DNA of 63,641 bases, counting the filler, from Basidioascus undulatus (Eukaryota): NCBI GenBank assembly GCA_000826855.1. It is 7 parts of 7 records of this genome, joined end to end, with 100 filler letters (N's around TTAATTAATTAA, not from the genome) between each part and the next. Parts side by side here need not be neighbours in the genome. Positions count along the whole stretch, not along the records: positions 36,669 to 60,521 come from JTLS01000254.1; 6 more parts are not named here. The stretch is one strand, 5' to 3'. Each line of letters begins with the position of its first letter. Positions within the stretch are counted from its first letter, which is position 1. The translations under genes were made by a program, and so were the position numbers. The notes under the pieces are model-generated. The model ran no database searches. It was not told where the DNA came from and worked only from the letters and a program-made list of their open reading frames with translations. Of the stretch, positions 36,669 through 51,034 are shown piece after piece.

Positions 36669-37809
36669 AGAAGAAGAAGGGGAAGGAAGAAGGGGGATGG
36701 CGCACGGTGATGAAAAGCGAGACGTAGCGGGCGTTGTCGAGCGGGAGGAGCGAGGAGAGGATGGACGTGCTGTAGTACAGCACCGCGTTGATGCCGCTTG
36801 CCTTTCCACTCTCCGTCTTCAATAACCGAAGCATCGAACACAGGGTGAACGAAGAGGGTACGCACCTGTTGCGCGATCATAATCACCGCCGCGAGGATGA
36901 CAGCGGGCCTGTACCGCCTATTCCCTAAGAGCTCGCGCAGCCCGCCCGCAGTCGGCTGGCTCTTGACCGTCTCGTCCTGCTGCTGCTCTCCGAGGAGGGC
37001 CTGCGACTCTGCTGCTGCTCCATCCCGCCCGCCCTCGTCCCTGACGACCTTGACTCCCCAGACCCTGCGCCCGTCGCCGGGTCCCTCTTCCACCGCGTCC
37101 TTCGGCAAGCCCACCAGCCCCTGAGCCGCGCTGAGCAGGGCAGAGAGGAGCGGGATGATCCGCCAGTACCCCGGGCGGGAGAGGAAGAGCCCAAGGGACT
37201 GGGCGAAGAGGATGCCGAGCGTGATGCTGATCTGCGTGAGGAGGCCGAGGGAGCTCGCTTTCCTCTCTGCCCCTGCGCGCGGGGGGGTGAGCTGCGCGAG
37301 GTACAAGGGCACGGTAGTGATTGCCAGACCGGCGTGCACGCCTACGAGAAGCCGCCCGAGGAGGAGCGGCGGGACGGACGGCGCGAGGGTGATCAGGAGC
37401 GAGCCCGCTGCGCCGAGCGCGCTGCCGAGGAGGAGCGTCCCGCGCTTGAGCAGCGTGGGGAGGGTGTATGAGGAGAGGAGCGAGCCGAACAGGCCGCCGA
37501 GGCTGAAGGTCGCTGTGACGAGGCCGAAGGTCGAGGATGACATGGGGATGCAGGAGGGCAGGGGTGCGGCGTGCGAGGTGGATGGGGAGGCGGCGCAGGT
37601 GAGCGCGGATTGCGGCGCGTTGAGTGCGCTGATGTGGAAACCGTACTGGGGTCGGGGTAGGTGGTTAGTAGGGTGGGGGATGGGGTCAGGAGGGATGGGA
37701 TACGGACGAGGAAGGTGGAGAGCGAGAGCCAGGAGAGGAGGAAGATCAGGTACGGCGTGTGGTGCGCTGGGGAACCTGCAGTCGGAGGGGGAGACAGGTC
37801 GGACGGCAT
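36669..37809 (-). CDS. MFS sugar transporter (Vps73/YBR241C-like), 3' end cut by the gap
   Basis: YGFHISALNAPQ, FGLVTATFSLGGLFGSL, GRLLVGV...VPLYLAQLTP, TQISITLGIL and AQQ.SGINAVLYYSTSIL. Confidence 0.85.
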
Positions 37810-38524
37810 CCTGTACTGGTTTTCAGCGGAATAACGAGAGGACAATCAATGGGAGGCGATGGTGGCAGGAGGAGAAGCATGGGAAGAAGCAAGGACGGCC
37901 AGTGAGATAAGGTCGGGAAGCTGCACGTGGGTTGCACGTGCTTGTCTGACGCGTTTCCTTAGGTCAAATCTCTTTTAAGGCTCAAGCGAGGACGGTGCTC
38001 AAAAACAAGCTGGAATGTATGCTGTGGGTGTAGATGCTGCTGTGGTGCTGCTGAAAGTACGAGTGTGTGCACGTCCGGGATTCCCGCCGGCCGCCCCTCG
38101 CACCCCACTGGCGTTCGGAAGTGTCTGTCAAGATGTCCATTCCCCAACGCAGCACCTGCGGATCCTCCTCTAATACACCTCCCAGCCCCATATCCAAACT
38201 TTTCTCCAAATATCCGCCAAAGGCGAGGCGAAGCCTCTGTCCGAAGAAGCCAGAAAGTCAAAAAGAAAGTAAGACACCCTCCAGCCGCCAGCGAGCGCGC
38301 AGCGCGACGCGACTCAAAGCGAGCGAGTGGGGCGCACGAAGCTCGCACTGCCCCTGTGTCCTGTGTCCTGCTGTCGTCGGACTACTCGCTCGTGCGCTCA
38401 CGCTCCGCCTCAGCCTCTGCTTCTCCCATAACCCTTGCTCCCATATTCACCCACACACTCGCTCACCCTCGCTGAGGTGTCAATCGCTGGCTGAACCACA
38501 CAACCCGGCCAGCAGCAGCGCAGC

Positions 38525-40937
<2,413 letters not shown>

Positions 40938-41745
40938 ACGACCGCGCCGCGCTCCCTCCCTCCCTTCCTCTGTCCCGTTCCGCTCTTCTCCTTCCCACCC
41001 GCCCCGCGCCCATCATGCACGCTTCAGCAAGCACATCATCATTGCACGCTTGACACACTTTATTCCCCTTGGCAACCAACTCCCCTCATCCACCGCCTAC
41101 CAAATTCGCTTTTCCCCGCTTGTTTCTACTCTTTTCATCCCTCGCACATCTTGATAATGCCGCTCTTCTCTCTATCGCTCGCCTCGCTTATGTTTCCGAC
41201 ATTCCGACTCTGGCTTTGACTGGACTTCGCTTGATATTGAAAATTGACATGCGAGCGCCCCAATCTTCCCCGTCCCCTTGTGCGACACCCCGTCGTCGCG
41301 TTCTTCAATCGCTTTACGGAATCCCACCTCCTACGCCCCCATCCCTCATAGCTCCTTCTCACCCCTTCTTAGTTCGTAGTACTTTGTCCTATCCCGTCCG
41401 ATCGCACACACTTGCAACGCCCCCTCCGCCACCGCACACAGCCACAGCCCTCGTTCGCCCGCTCGTTTGCTCGTTTGCTGGAATGCATGCACGAACCCCC
41501 TTCTTGCTCGGGTGCGCGCACGTTTGCTATGTCAAGCTACGACGTTCGGGGCCGCATGCGCCAATTTGACAAGCGGAAATATCAGACAGAACAAGAGCGC
41601 GTGCTTCAAGCTGAGCCTGACGCAGTGATACGCTACCCAAGCTACGCACTTTCAGCACCTCCTCCACACTAGCCACATCTGATGCGTAGACTCATGTAGA
41701 AGAAAATGTGATGCATCAGCGCCATGGAGGGGGGACGGAAGCTAG

Positions 41746-44426
41746 CTAGCTGACGCCCCGCTTCTTGCCGCTGCCGCGCTTTTCGAGCTCGTCGCGGAGG
41801 TAGGTGAAGATGCGTTGGGCGCGTTCGCCGGTGGGCTAACCATCAGAAAATGCGGGTGTGTATATCAGCATCGAGTCAAGCTAGGGTTCTCGATAGGGGA
41901 GGAGAAAGCCGCACCTCTTGCAAGCAGGCGATGAGCTTTTCGAATAGCTGTGAGGGGGCCAGAGGCGTCAGACGGGAAAGAGTGGTAGCGAAACGGCAAC
42001 CTACAGAATTATGATACCGCTCCTCGTTCTCCAAGCTTTTCCTAAACCGCGCGCTCTGTGCCCCCAAGCACCCCGAAATCAGCCCGCGCTCATGCGCCCC
42101 CACGACGCAAGAGGAGATAGCCTACCTCCTCCGCCATACCCTCCGCCAGCCCCTCCGCTTCCTCAGAGCGCGCTTTGGCGAGGAGGACCTCGAGCTCCTT
42201 CGAGCGCAGCACGGCCTCGAAGTGGCGCTCCCGGAGCTCGTACTGCCGCAGGACTTCCTTCAGGCGCTGTCGGACGCTGTTGAGCAAGCGAACGATGTGG
42301 ACAGGTGAGCGAGGCCCTGCTAAGCAAGGGAGAATAATGGCAGGAAGGAAACGTGCACGATATCGAACCGCTTATTCAGGCGCGTTTGGGTTCTGTGAAG
42401 GAAAACGCGTCAGTCAGGGCGCGCTTGGAAGCACGCAAGCCAGACCAACTCTGAGAAGCTTGCCAGTAGCGCATCAATGTCGAAGTTATTCGGACCGAGC
42501 ATATCCTGGCTAACGTGATCCTGCATTCGACGCGAGTATGAGCGCAGGGCCGAAGCGCATGTCGAGCAACAGGAGGTCATACCATAGCCTCACGCGCCGA
42601 CGCCCCGCTCGAAGCGCACAGTCTGCGAAGCTTCGAAACGACGCGCAGCTGCTCTGTCGTCCAATCCGACTACGAAGGGAGAACGGGCATGAGATGATCT
42701 GTTCGAAAACAGACATTACGGATAGTTGCGTACGGGCGTAGGATCGCGCTTGAACTCGCTCTGGAGGACAGAGCGGGTCGTGTTAATCGACTTGAGCGTC
42801 TGGACTTCCGAGTGGGTGAGGTCGTCCTGGGAGTGCATACACCGTCAGCCGAGCTCAGCAGCTATGATCTGCAGATATGCAACGCACCTCGTACGGCGCT
42901 GAAGTCAGGTCGAGCTCCTCAGTCGCGATGATCTCGTCCCCCTCCTCCATGCCGAGCATGTCCGGCGTCTGCACGGGCGAGATGAACCTTCCCGCATTGA
43001 GGAACAAGAACCCGGTCGGCGGCGGGGGCTCCCTCTTCTCCAACTCCGGCTCGTCCGCGCTCTCCTCGCCGTCCGCGTCCTCACCCGCCGCGTCAGCAGC
43101 GGGCGCAGGCGCGGCAGGCGCCGCTGCTGCCGGCGTGGGAGGCGCCATGCGCTCGCTGTACACCGAGAAGAGCCGCGCGAGCGTGCTCGACTTGCGGACT
43201 TTGAACCAGAGGTCCGCGCGGCCCTTGGACGTCACCTTCACGCGGATCTCAGCGCCCGCGCTGCTTGAGGTAGAGGTCGACGCGGTAGATGGGACGCGGG
43301 AGGAGGCAGTGTGCGAGGGTGGGGGGAGGTGCGCTTTGCGTTCCATCTCCGACCTGATCGATTCAAGGTCCGCGCGCGCGGCTTCAACTGACTCTTCCAG
43401 CCGGCGCATCTCGTCCTGTTTGGCCGAAATTTCGGGATGAGCTGCTGCGATGCGAGCGGGAAATTCACATTCAGGACCTTCAGCCGCTTATTCTCCTGTA
43501 AACACGCCAGACACACTCAGCATTGTTGTGGACTGAGAAGGAAAAAGCGAGACGCACCTTCTGCAGCTCCCTCGCGAGCGACTCAAGCTTAGTCCGAGTA
43601 GAATTGGCCTTCTTCTCGTTGCCCTTAGCTATATCGCCAGGACGATCAAGTCAAATCTCGCCGTGACCCGCATCGCATCGCTGATCGTGCGCACCAAGGT
43701 CCTTGTCCTTCAACAGCTTCTGGCGCTCCTTTGTGTGCTCACGCTCCAGCCGCTTCATCTCCTGAAACTGCATCCCCCATCCTATTCAGTCTGCCTGCCA
43801 TCTGCGCTTTCAGGCCGTTCAAGTGGAACAGGACAGACGAGGTCGAGATACTTGCTCTCCATGACCGACAGTGGGTCGTTCTGCTCGCGAGCGGCTGTAC
43901 TAAGCTCCCTCGCAGCGTCCCGAGCCTGCTTGGCTGTCGTTCACCATCAAAGGGAAGTCAGCGCGCTTCTCTCGGGGACAGCAGCCTGCTGCGCTACCCC
44001 GCCCTGGCTCCCCACCGCGCCTTCGCCCCCGCCTCGCGCACTCCGGACTGCATCCGTGCTATTGTATCCACGCGCCTGCACCTGTGACTCACCGATGTTC
44101 CTCTCCTCCTCCTCCTCCACCTGTCCTTCGTTCTCGAGCGCGGCAATCCTGTCAAGCCCGACACCTGACCCCATCAACCACCCCGTCCCATCGCGGCCTG
44201 CTCAGATGCGCCCGCACCTGCTCTGGATGCCCTCCAGTACGCTCGCAGGATCAGGCGGCGGCGCCTTTTCCTTCTCCGCCGCCACGTCCTTCTTCTTCCC
44301 CGCGGTTCTGCGTGGGGTGCCGGGCGTGCTGGGGCGCCCGTTAGGAATGACCGGCGAGCCGGACGGAGTAGAAGTCGTGGAAGCGGCGGGGACGGATTGG
44401 GTGTTGTTGGTGTTGGTGGGTGTCAT
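41746..44426 (-). CDS. Taxilin-like coiled-coil protein with internal SUMO-like/ubiquitin-like domain
   Basis: Taxilin-type segments RTKLESLARELQKENKRLK and LKEVLRQYELRERHFEAVLRSKELEVLLAKAR flank IRVKVTSKGRADLWFKVRKSSTLARLFSVYSER...FLFLNAGRFISPVQTPDMLGMEEGDEIIA. Confidence 0.8.
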
Positions 44427-45051
44427 CTTCTCTTCAGCTCAACATGTCAGTCTTGATCCCAGCTCACTCGCCGCAAGCATTGGCCGGTGCGAGCTCGCTC
44501 GGGACTGGCGAGGTGCAGTGGCCACTCACGGTCTTGTGCGGATGCGAGCTGCTATATGCTGGGATATAATCTGAGTGCTATTATTGTCGTCAAATTGCGG
44601 CAAAAAGCATGTCCAAGGGAATCGTAGGCTGCGCGGTTTCGGTGAGAGAAGCAGAGAAGACAGGGCAAACGAGCAGGGCAAACTCTGGGAGACGGCCATC
44701 TGAGTGTTCTTACGTCAGCATTGCCGACCTTTGTGAAACAAGAAACAGTGCAGTCGAAACACTTGAAGTTCAGGATGCCGATATCGAGCATTTTTTTTCG
44801 CATTGGTACTAGCTGTAGAGATGCAGCTACGAAGGCTGTTGTATGCGAAAGACGGCTGCACTTCAGTCCTGTTGCTCGAACCTGCCACGGTCGCTTCGGT
44901 TTGCTTCGGTGCTACCGCACACAATATATGTTTCGATGTCGAGTTGCTCTAACAAGAAATTGGAAGATCTCGACCGGTATTCTTTGTTCCAGTCCGGCAG
45001 TCGACCAGAATGCACAAACTCAGCCTGCATCTTACCCGCACACTCACGCTT

Positions 45052-47134
45052 TCACCGATACTCGGCCCCGCAATCCCCAATGCTCTCCCACATCCGCCTC
45101 CCTTGGCTCCTCTCCAACACAGCTTCAATAGCTTCCCGATCCGCTTCGTCCAGCGCGAACTCAAACACCCGGTGATTGTCATCCGCGTTGGAAGACACGC
45201 CGAGACGGGCACCTAATCTGCCGTATCAGCGACTGCAGCACTGGGAAACCCGGAAGAACAAAAAGAAGGTGGACAAAGACGAACCGATGATGACTGCCCC
45301 GACGGCCTTCTGGTCGAGCACCCATCGCGTCGCGACATTCGCGACGCTCATGCGGTGCTTCTTCGCGATGCCGGACAGCGTCGCGAGGAGGTCTTGGAAA
45401 AGGGACCACCCGCCCCAGGCGAGGATCATGTCGTAGTACTGAGCGCACCCTCACATCAGCGTTTCTTTCTCGTCGAAAGCTGCGAAGGCAAATGCGGGCG
45501 CACTTTGCGTTGGGAAGGCGTAATCGTGCTGCTGTACGTGTCTGGCTCGAGGCGGCCGACCCACTTGTCGGAGAGGAAACCGCCACACTGCAAAGGAAGA
45601 CAGCGTGATGCGTCAGAAAGGAAGCATGGGTATTGAACGAGATGCATCGCAAGAACTGGGAAGACTCACCAGAGTGCCGTAGGTCAGCAGCTTGACGCCG
45701 TGCTTCTCGCAGAGGTCGCACATCGCGTACAGCGGTCGAGTATCAATGAGCGAGAACTGTGCAAGATCACGGTAGATCAGATCAGCACTACTTCAACTTC
45801 AGGCCGACCCCATGACACGCTATACCTGAATCTGGTTCGACGCAATCGACCCGGCCGGCAATGCCTCGCAAACCTCCTCCGTCGTGCGCGAGTCGAAGTT
45901 ACACAGTCCCACTGCGCCGATAACTCCCTCCTCACGAAGGGTAAGAAGGTGTTGCAATGCAGGAATGTACTGCTTGTCGGAGTACTGTGCGCGAAATCTT
46001 GCCTGTCAGATGCAACAGATCGGGGTGCGGTCATAGGGAAAGGGGAGCGCACATCTTGCCAGTGGAACTGGAGTAGCTCTACTGAGCGTGCGCTGAGGCG
46101 CGAGAGACGCTCTTGCACGGCGGAGAGGACGGAATCCAGTGTGATCGACATGGGTCGGAAGACACACCATTTCGTCGCGCCGAGGACGGAGGAAGGCGTT
46201 TGAAGGGTGGATCGGTAGATGCCCTGCTCGTCATTTCGCATGAAATTCAGCTTTTCCGAGCTTCGATAACACTGCGTACTAAGAGAAGTTCAGCGTCGCC
46301 ATAGTGATCGCTGCAGGGGAAGAAGACAAGTCCGGGTAAGTCCTGAGCCACAGTGATTGGTCTGTAAGAGAACACGGAACGCACGCCATGTCAAATGCTG
46401 TATATCCCTTGTCCACGCTCTCCTTCAGAGCATGGACGACCTCACGCTCGGACGCCGTGCCCCACGAAGCGCTGCTGAGCTGCCAAAGACCGAGGAACAG
46501 CCTCGGAGGGGTGAAAGGCCCGAGCGCGAACGTCGGCAAATGTGTCGATTTGACGATCGAAAGCGAGTTAGAAGCCGTCGGGGTAGGAAGAGGCGGCATA
46601 GGCGGAGCCGGTGCGAAAGCGGGCGAGTACGAGAAAGCAGCGAGGAGGGCCCTCGGGAAAGCGAAGTCCTGACGATTCCTTTCCAGAGCCTCCGCCAGCG
46701 CATCCCGCAATTGCCCCAGCACCTGCGCAGCCTCCCTCTCGCGCGCCGCGTCGCCCTCCAGCCCACTCTCCTTCAGGCTCTGCAGCACCTGGACGACGTC
46801 GTGGTCGGCGCGCTTCTCGTCCGCCTCGTCCAGGCCGTGCGGGATGACCTGGAGGGCAAGCAAGCGGAGCGCCTGGAGCGGCTGGCCCGCGCACGAGAGG
46901 CACCCCGCCCGAAGGAGAGCGTCGCTCGGCGTCCGCGGGGAGTATGGGCGCGAGAGACGGGCTCGAGCGAGAGAGGCGAAAAGAGACGGGTTCGAGGGGT
47001 GCCCTTGGGCGAAGAGGGCCCGGACGAGCGCTCGCAGGTCATCCGCTGGGAGGTTTGCGATGAGGGTGTCGTGCACTAAAGAGAAAGAAATGAGTTATCG
47101 CAGAGTATGCGTGCAATGATACTCTCGCACTCAT
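45052..47134 (-). CDS. Aldo/keto reductase with ~150-aa N-terminal extra domain
   Basis: PRLFLGLWQLSS, FDMADHYGDAE (Asp/Tyr), ATKWC (Lys), LLQFHWQDY (His), GLCNFD, SNQIQFSLIDTRP, LLTYGTLCGGFLS, TPSQRKY and GDCGAEYR*. Confidence 0.9.
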
Positions 47135-47546
47135 GGAAACATGTCCCAGTGCTGGCGCATTGGAGCGCACGCCTTCCGGTTTAGTAGGTGAGCCCATCGT
47201 CAAGACCGATTAACGATCGATCTGTCAGAGTGAAGATGAGAAGAAGGAAGCCTTTGAGATGATTGTGATCAGTGTTGAAGAGACCCGCATGGTCGATCGG
47301 CACCAGTAATGTAGCGGGCGAACAAAGCGTTTCAAGTCGACGATGCGGGGGCATGCGAACTCGGCATGTGCGGCGGTGCAGCGGCAAGTCCCTGCAGGTT
47401 ACGCAAGTTCACCGCGGCTGCCGAACTTGCACTGTCTTCTCTCGCCACAGTCGCGTTGCCTGGGGGAAAATGTAGGCATTCCGGGTTCTCGTGAGTGGGA
47501 TGATATCTTATACCACCTTGACTCTCGGAGAGCAGCTTCCACAACG

Positions 47547-48050
47547 ATGGCCAAGTCGAAGATTGAGACCTCTGCCCCGTCGCCGCCCTCGCTCGCCGCG
47601 GACGAGTTTCAGCTTTACGATCTCCGCGTTGAGGTCGTTTGTCCTCCGGGACAGCGTATAATGTGTAAGTGAACACCGAGGATCTTGCGGTGGTTCCCGA
47701 TACTGACCTCCTTTTGCTGACACCTGAGGCGGAGCCAAGCCGGGTGACTGCTTCGAGCTTCGAGGCGAAATGCTGCACCTCCCTCCCGGTCAAGGATTCT
47801 CCATCTACTCCTTGGGTATATCAAATTTTGAGAGTCTACCAACGTGATATACTCACACCGCGCACTTGCAGGTGCTCTACTACCCTTGCTTGCTGCCAAG
47901 CAGCGACCGACAGCTCGAGCCGACTGGATGTCGACAGACTCGATCATCGCGTGTCCTGACCCCGAGTGTCCGAGCCAGTTCCGAATAGTCCGGAGGGGTT
48001 TGAGGACCTTCAAGCACAGCGATACCACGAAGGTACCTATCCCTGAATAG
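47547..48050 (+). CDS. TIGR04076-like Cys-containing small protein (~127 aa, 3 exons)
   Basis: Spliced DEFQLYDLRVEVVCPPGQRIMCGAKPGDCFELRGEMLHLPPGQGFSIYSLGALLPLLAAKQR...DWMSTDSIIACPDPECP. The C..K.GD.F and ACPDP pattern is recognised as the mainly prokaryotic TIGR04076 family. Confidence 0.78.
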
Positions 48051-48171
48051 CTCGATGGACACGCATAAAGTTTTCCTGTTGTCCTTGCGCAGTCTGCAGG
48101 TCTGCCTGAAGTGCAACGCGACCAAATAGATCGTGAAGAGCTGGAGCCAGATGGCAACAAAGTCTATAAAC

Positions 48172-49952
48172 CTATACCCTATCGTCTCCATCCCTAAGCT
48201 GCCGCGTGCTCTTATCGTCCCCAGCACTCTCCCCCTCCTCCGCCTTGTAGCCGTACGCAGCTGGGCTCGGCAGCCTGCCGAGGGCTTTGACGTCGACACT
48301 CTCCCGTCCGCTCTCCACATAGACGTCGTGGGCGGTATCGACCTGAATGGCCGTCCGAGATGGAAGTTGAATCTCGTCCCGGATCTGCATCACATACGTC
48401 AGGTGGGTGGGCTTGGGGACAACATCGCCGCTAGGAGAACCGGGGAACGCACAGTTTTGCGGCCGTGCGACTTGGACCGAGAGCGATCCCGTCCCCACGA
48501 AGCGGAGTTGGACCCGGACGGTGCACCGGCGCGGGCAAGGACGGTGCGAAGGTCTACACGGGAGAGAAGGGTGACGAGCACGCAGCTGCAGAAAGATTGC
48601 GTCAGCACGGGGTGGACACAGCGTCGCACGTCGACTGACTGTGAGTAGATTTTGGACAGGTTGAGCTCGAAGACTGGTGAAAGGCACGCGGTCAGTCTTC
48701 TTGACATAACACGATGCTGGGTAGGATGTCGTACCGACGGTGAGTGCGGATGTTTTCCAAGTCACTCCGTATGCGATAACGGCAGCGAGAGCTAATGCAA
48801 GGACGTCAGCATTGTAGGCAGGCCCTCCGTCAAACCCGGGTCGCTAAGACGTACCCCAGACAACAGTCATTCCGCAGGTCTCGAATGTAAGGATGAGGAT
48901 TTTCTTGATGACTTGATCCTACAGTTCGTTCCACTGATGAGACTCGAGTCAGCGCAACTTCGAAAAGTGGAAAAGCTCACAGTCGCTGCGAAGCCGCTCT
49001 TGCGACGACTCAAGTACCACACAGAGATGGCCGCAATAATAATATCCGCCCCCGCAGCACCAGCCAGGAACAAGACCGCAAAGGTCTGAAGGTGGGATTT
49101 ATCCGTGGTTGCACTGAGCTATCAAAATTAGTCGCGGGCTACAGGTTGGTCTGGACGCATGAACACGTACCCGCTTCCGAGCCGTATTTGCTCAATCGCG
49201 TATCTATAGAGATACGTCTGAGTGAGTGTACTACACAATGGGTAGGTGTCAAGTCCTGTATCATGCGTACCCGAAACCCCCTGCGAACGAGGTGAGCATA
49301 GCAAGGACAGCGAGCACGAGGACGAGCTTCGAAGTTGCGAGTCGGTACGCCCGGTTAACGAAAAAGAACTGGGCAATTATGCCCGCCAGGGCTGACTTAA
49401 AGTTGACAGAAGTTAGATGACCCTAGAATCGGCAAATGGTCCTAACTAACAATCAATGGCTCGATCCTAGCGCCCGAGCACGATCAATATTACTTTCATG
49501 ACCATGAGCCGAAGGAGGAAGCACGCACCAGTACGTGGCAGGTTGTCTTCGGTAGTCGTTGAAAAACTCCGTATCTCCATAGCCTGTCACGAATGCTTTG
49601 TAAAGAAGCTCTCTGAAAACCACACCTGGTCAATAGAAAGGTAAGGTGTCGCCATGCGTAGGGGAAAACACCTACACGCAGCATGCCGCCTGGAACACCC
49701 CAATCGCGGCGAGCGCAGCGACGATTGTTTTGTTGATTTTGTTGTCGCGCGGGAACATATGGAAGTAGTCCCAGCATTGCTTCATCAGAACGCCCTGTTC
49801 TCCGTTCCTCTTCAGATGCGTCCACCAGCTGACGAGGTACTCGAGGCAGGACTCACATTGAAATTCTGCTGGAGCAAGACTGCCATGAGGTACGGCCCAT
49901 TGACCGGGACCAGAGCCCGCGCGTAGCTTTCCGCGGTGCTTGATACGCTCAT
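48172..49952 (-). CDS. Multi-pass membrane protein (basidiomycete DUF6534-like)
   Basis: GPYLMAVLLQ..GVLMKQCWDYFHMFPRD, IAQFFFVNRAYRL, ADIIIAAISVWYLSRRKSGFAATDQVIKKILILTFET, and a hydrophilic C-terminal tail. Confidence 0.65.
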
Positions 49953-51034
49953 TCTGATCGTCCAGCTGGCTGCGCTGCAGGCACCCAGAGGAAAGCGACG
50001 AGGTGGTGAGGGGCGAGTTGCTGGAGAAGTTGCGGGAGCCGCAGCAGGAACTCCGCCCCATTTCCGAGTCGGCGTCGGTACAATGATGGGATACAGGGGA
50101 TCGTCGGGGCTTGTGCATGTTGCGCGTTGGTCAGCTTCGACAGCGTGCAACACATCAACTTTTTCTGCGAACTATTGGCCATCCGGAGCTAGCAGTCGCA
50201 GATCGGCACCATCAGCATGTGTTCTCCGAGCTTAATAAGACCTTCTACAGTAATCCTGATGCTAAATATTGTGGGGCAAGCTTCGCAACCTCTAGTTCGT
50301 ACCTGCAGGGTGCCACACAGGAGAGCAAAGGAGCCGGGATGCAGGCACACATTGCGACGCTAAAGCCCATATGCACCGTCTATCTGCACAGCATAACAGG
50401 TGACATGACGTTCTTCCACACCATTTTTGTGACTGCACTTACAGCCTCAATACAGCCTCAGAGAAGCTCCCGGCACTTCAGCAAATCGGACACGCACACA
50501 CACGACGAGCCGTGCCAGCTTGGAGACAACATGGGAGAGCTCTTTTCTCGGAACTGCCAAGGCCACCAGTATTCTTTTGCATTGCACTTGTTCCACTAGA
50601 CGGATCAATGATGATCAAGTTAACATCCACAATGCGCTTGTACCCCGCATCTTGACTGCATCCTTCCTGCAAGGGACCCTGGGCACGGCCCTCGTCGCAT
50701 CCACCTTGCGTCGTCGAAAATCTAGCGGAGTCTGTCGCATCATGATCGTGCCGGTATCTATATACTTAGTGCTTCGGTAGAAATTGCGCCTTCATTGTGC
50801 ACATGCTCTGCACATGCAAAGATATCCGAATTTGTGGAACATTGAGAGGGAGATCAGGGGCCGCAGGCACGATGCCGAACTGCGTTCCTTCTGCGTGGTA
50901 AGCCGAAGGCCGAGCGACTGTGTGAGCTGTGCGAGGCACCGACCGGGTACGTTCTGACTACCTGCCACCATCTCTTCTTCATCGAGAGGAGATTTGGAGA
51001 CGTTCTCTCGTTACCCTCCTCTCTGTAAGGAGAC

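Noticed and set aside
43663..44574. Long antisense ORFs (also 37155-37910, 46357-47079, 56635-57369)
   Set aside because: These are shadow ORFs opposite GC-rich coding exons.
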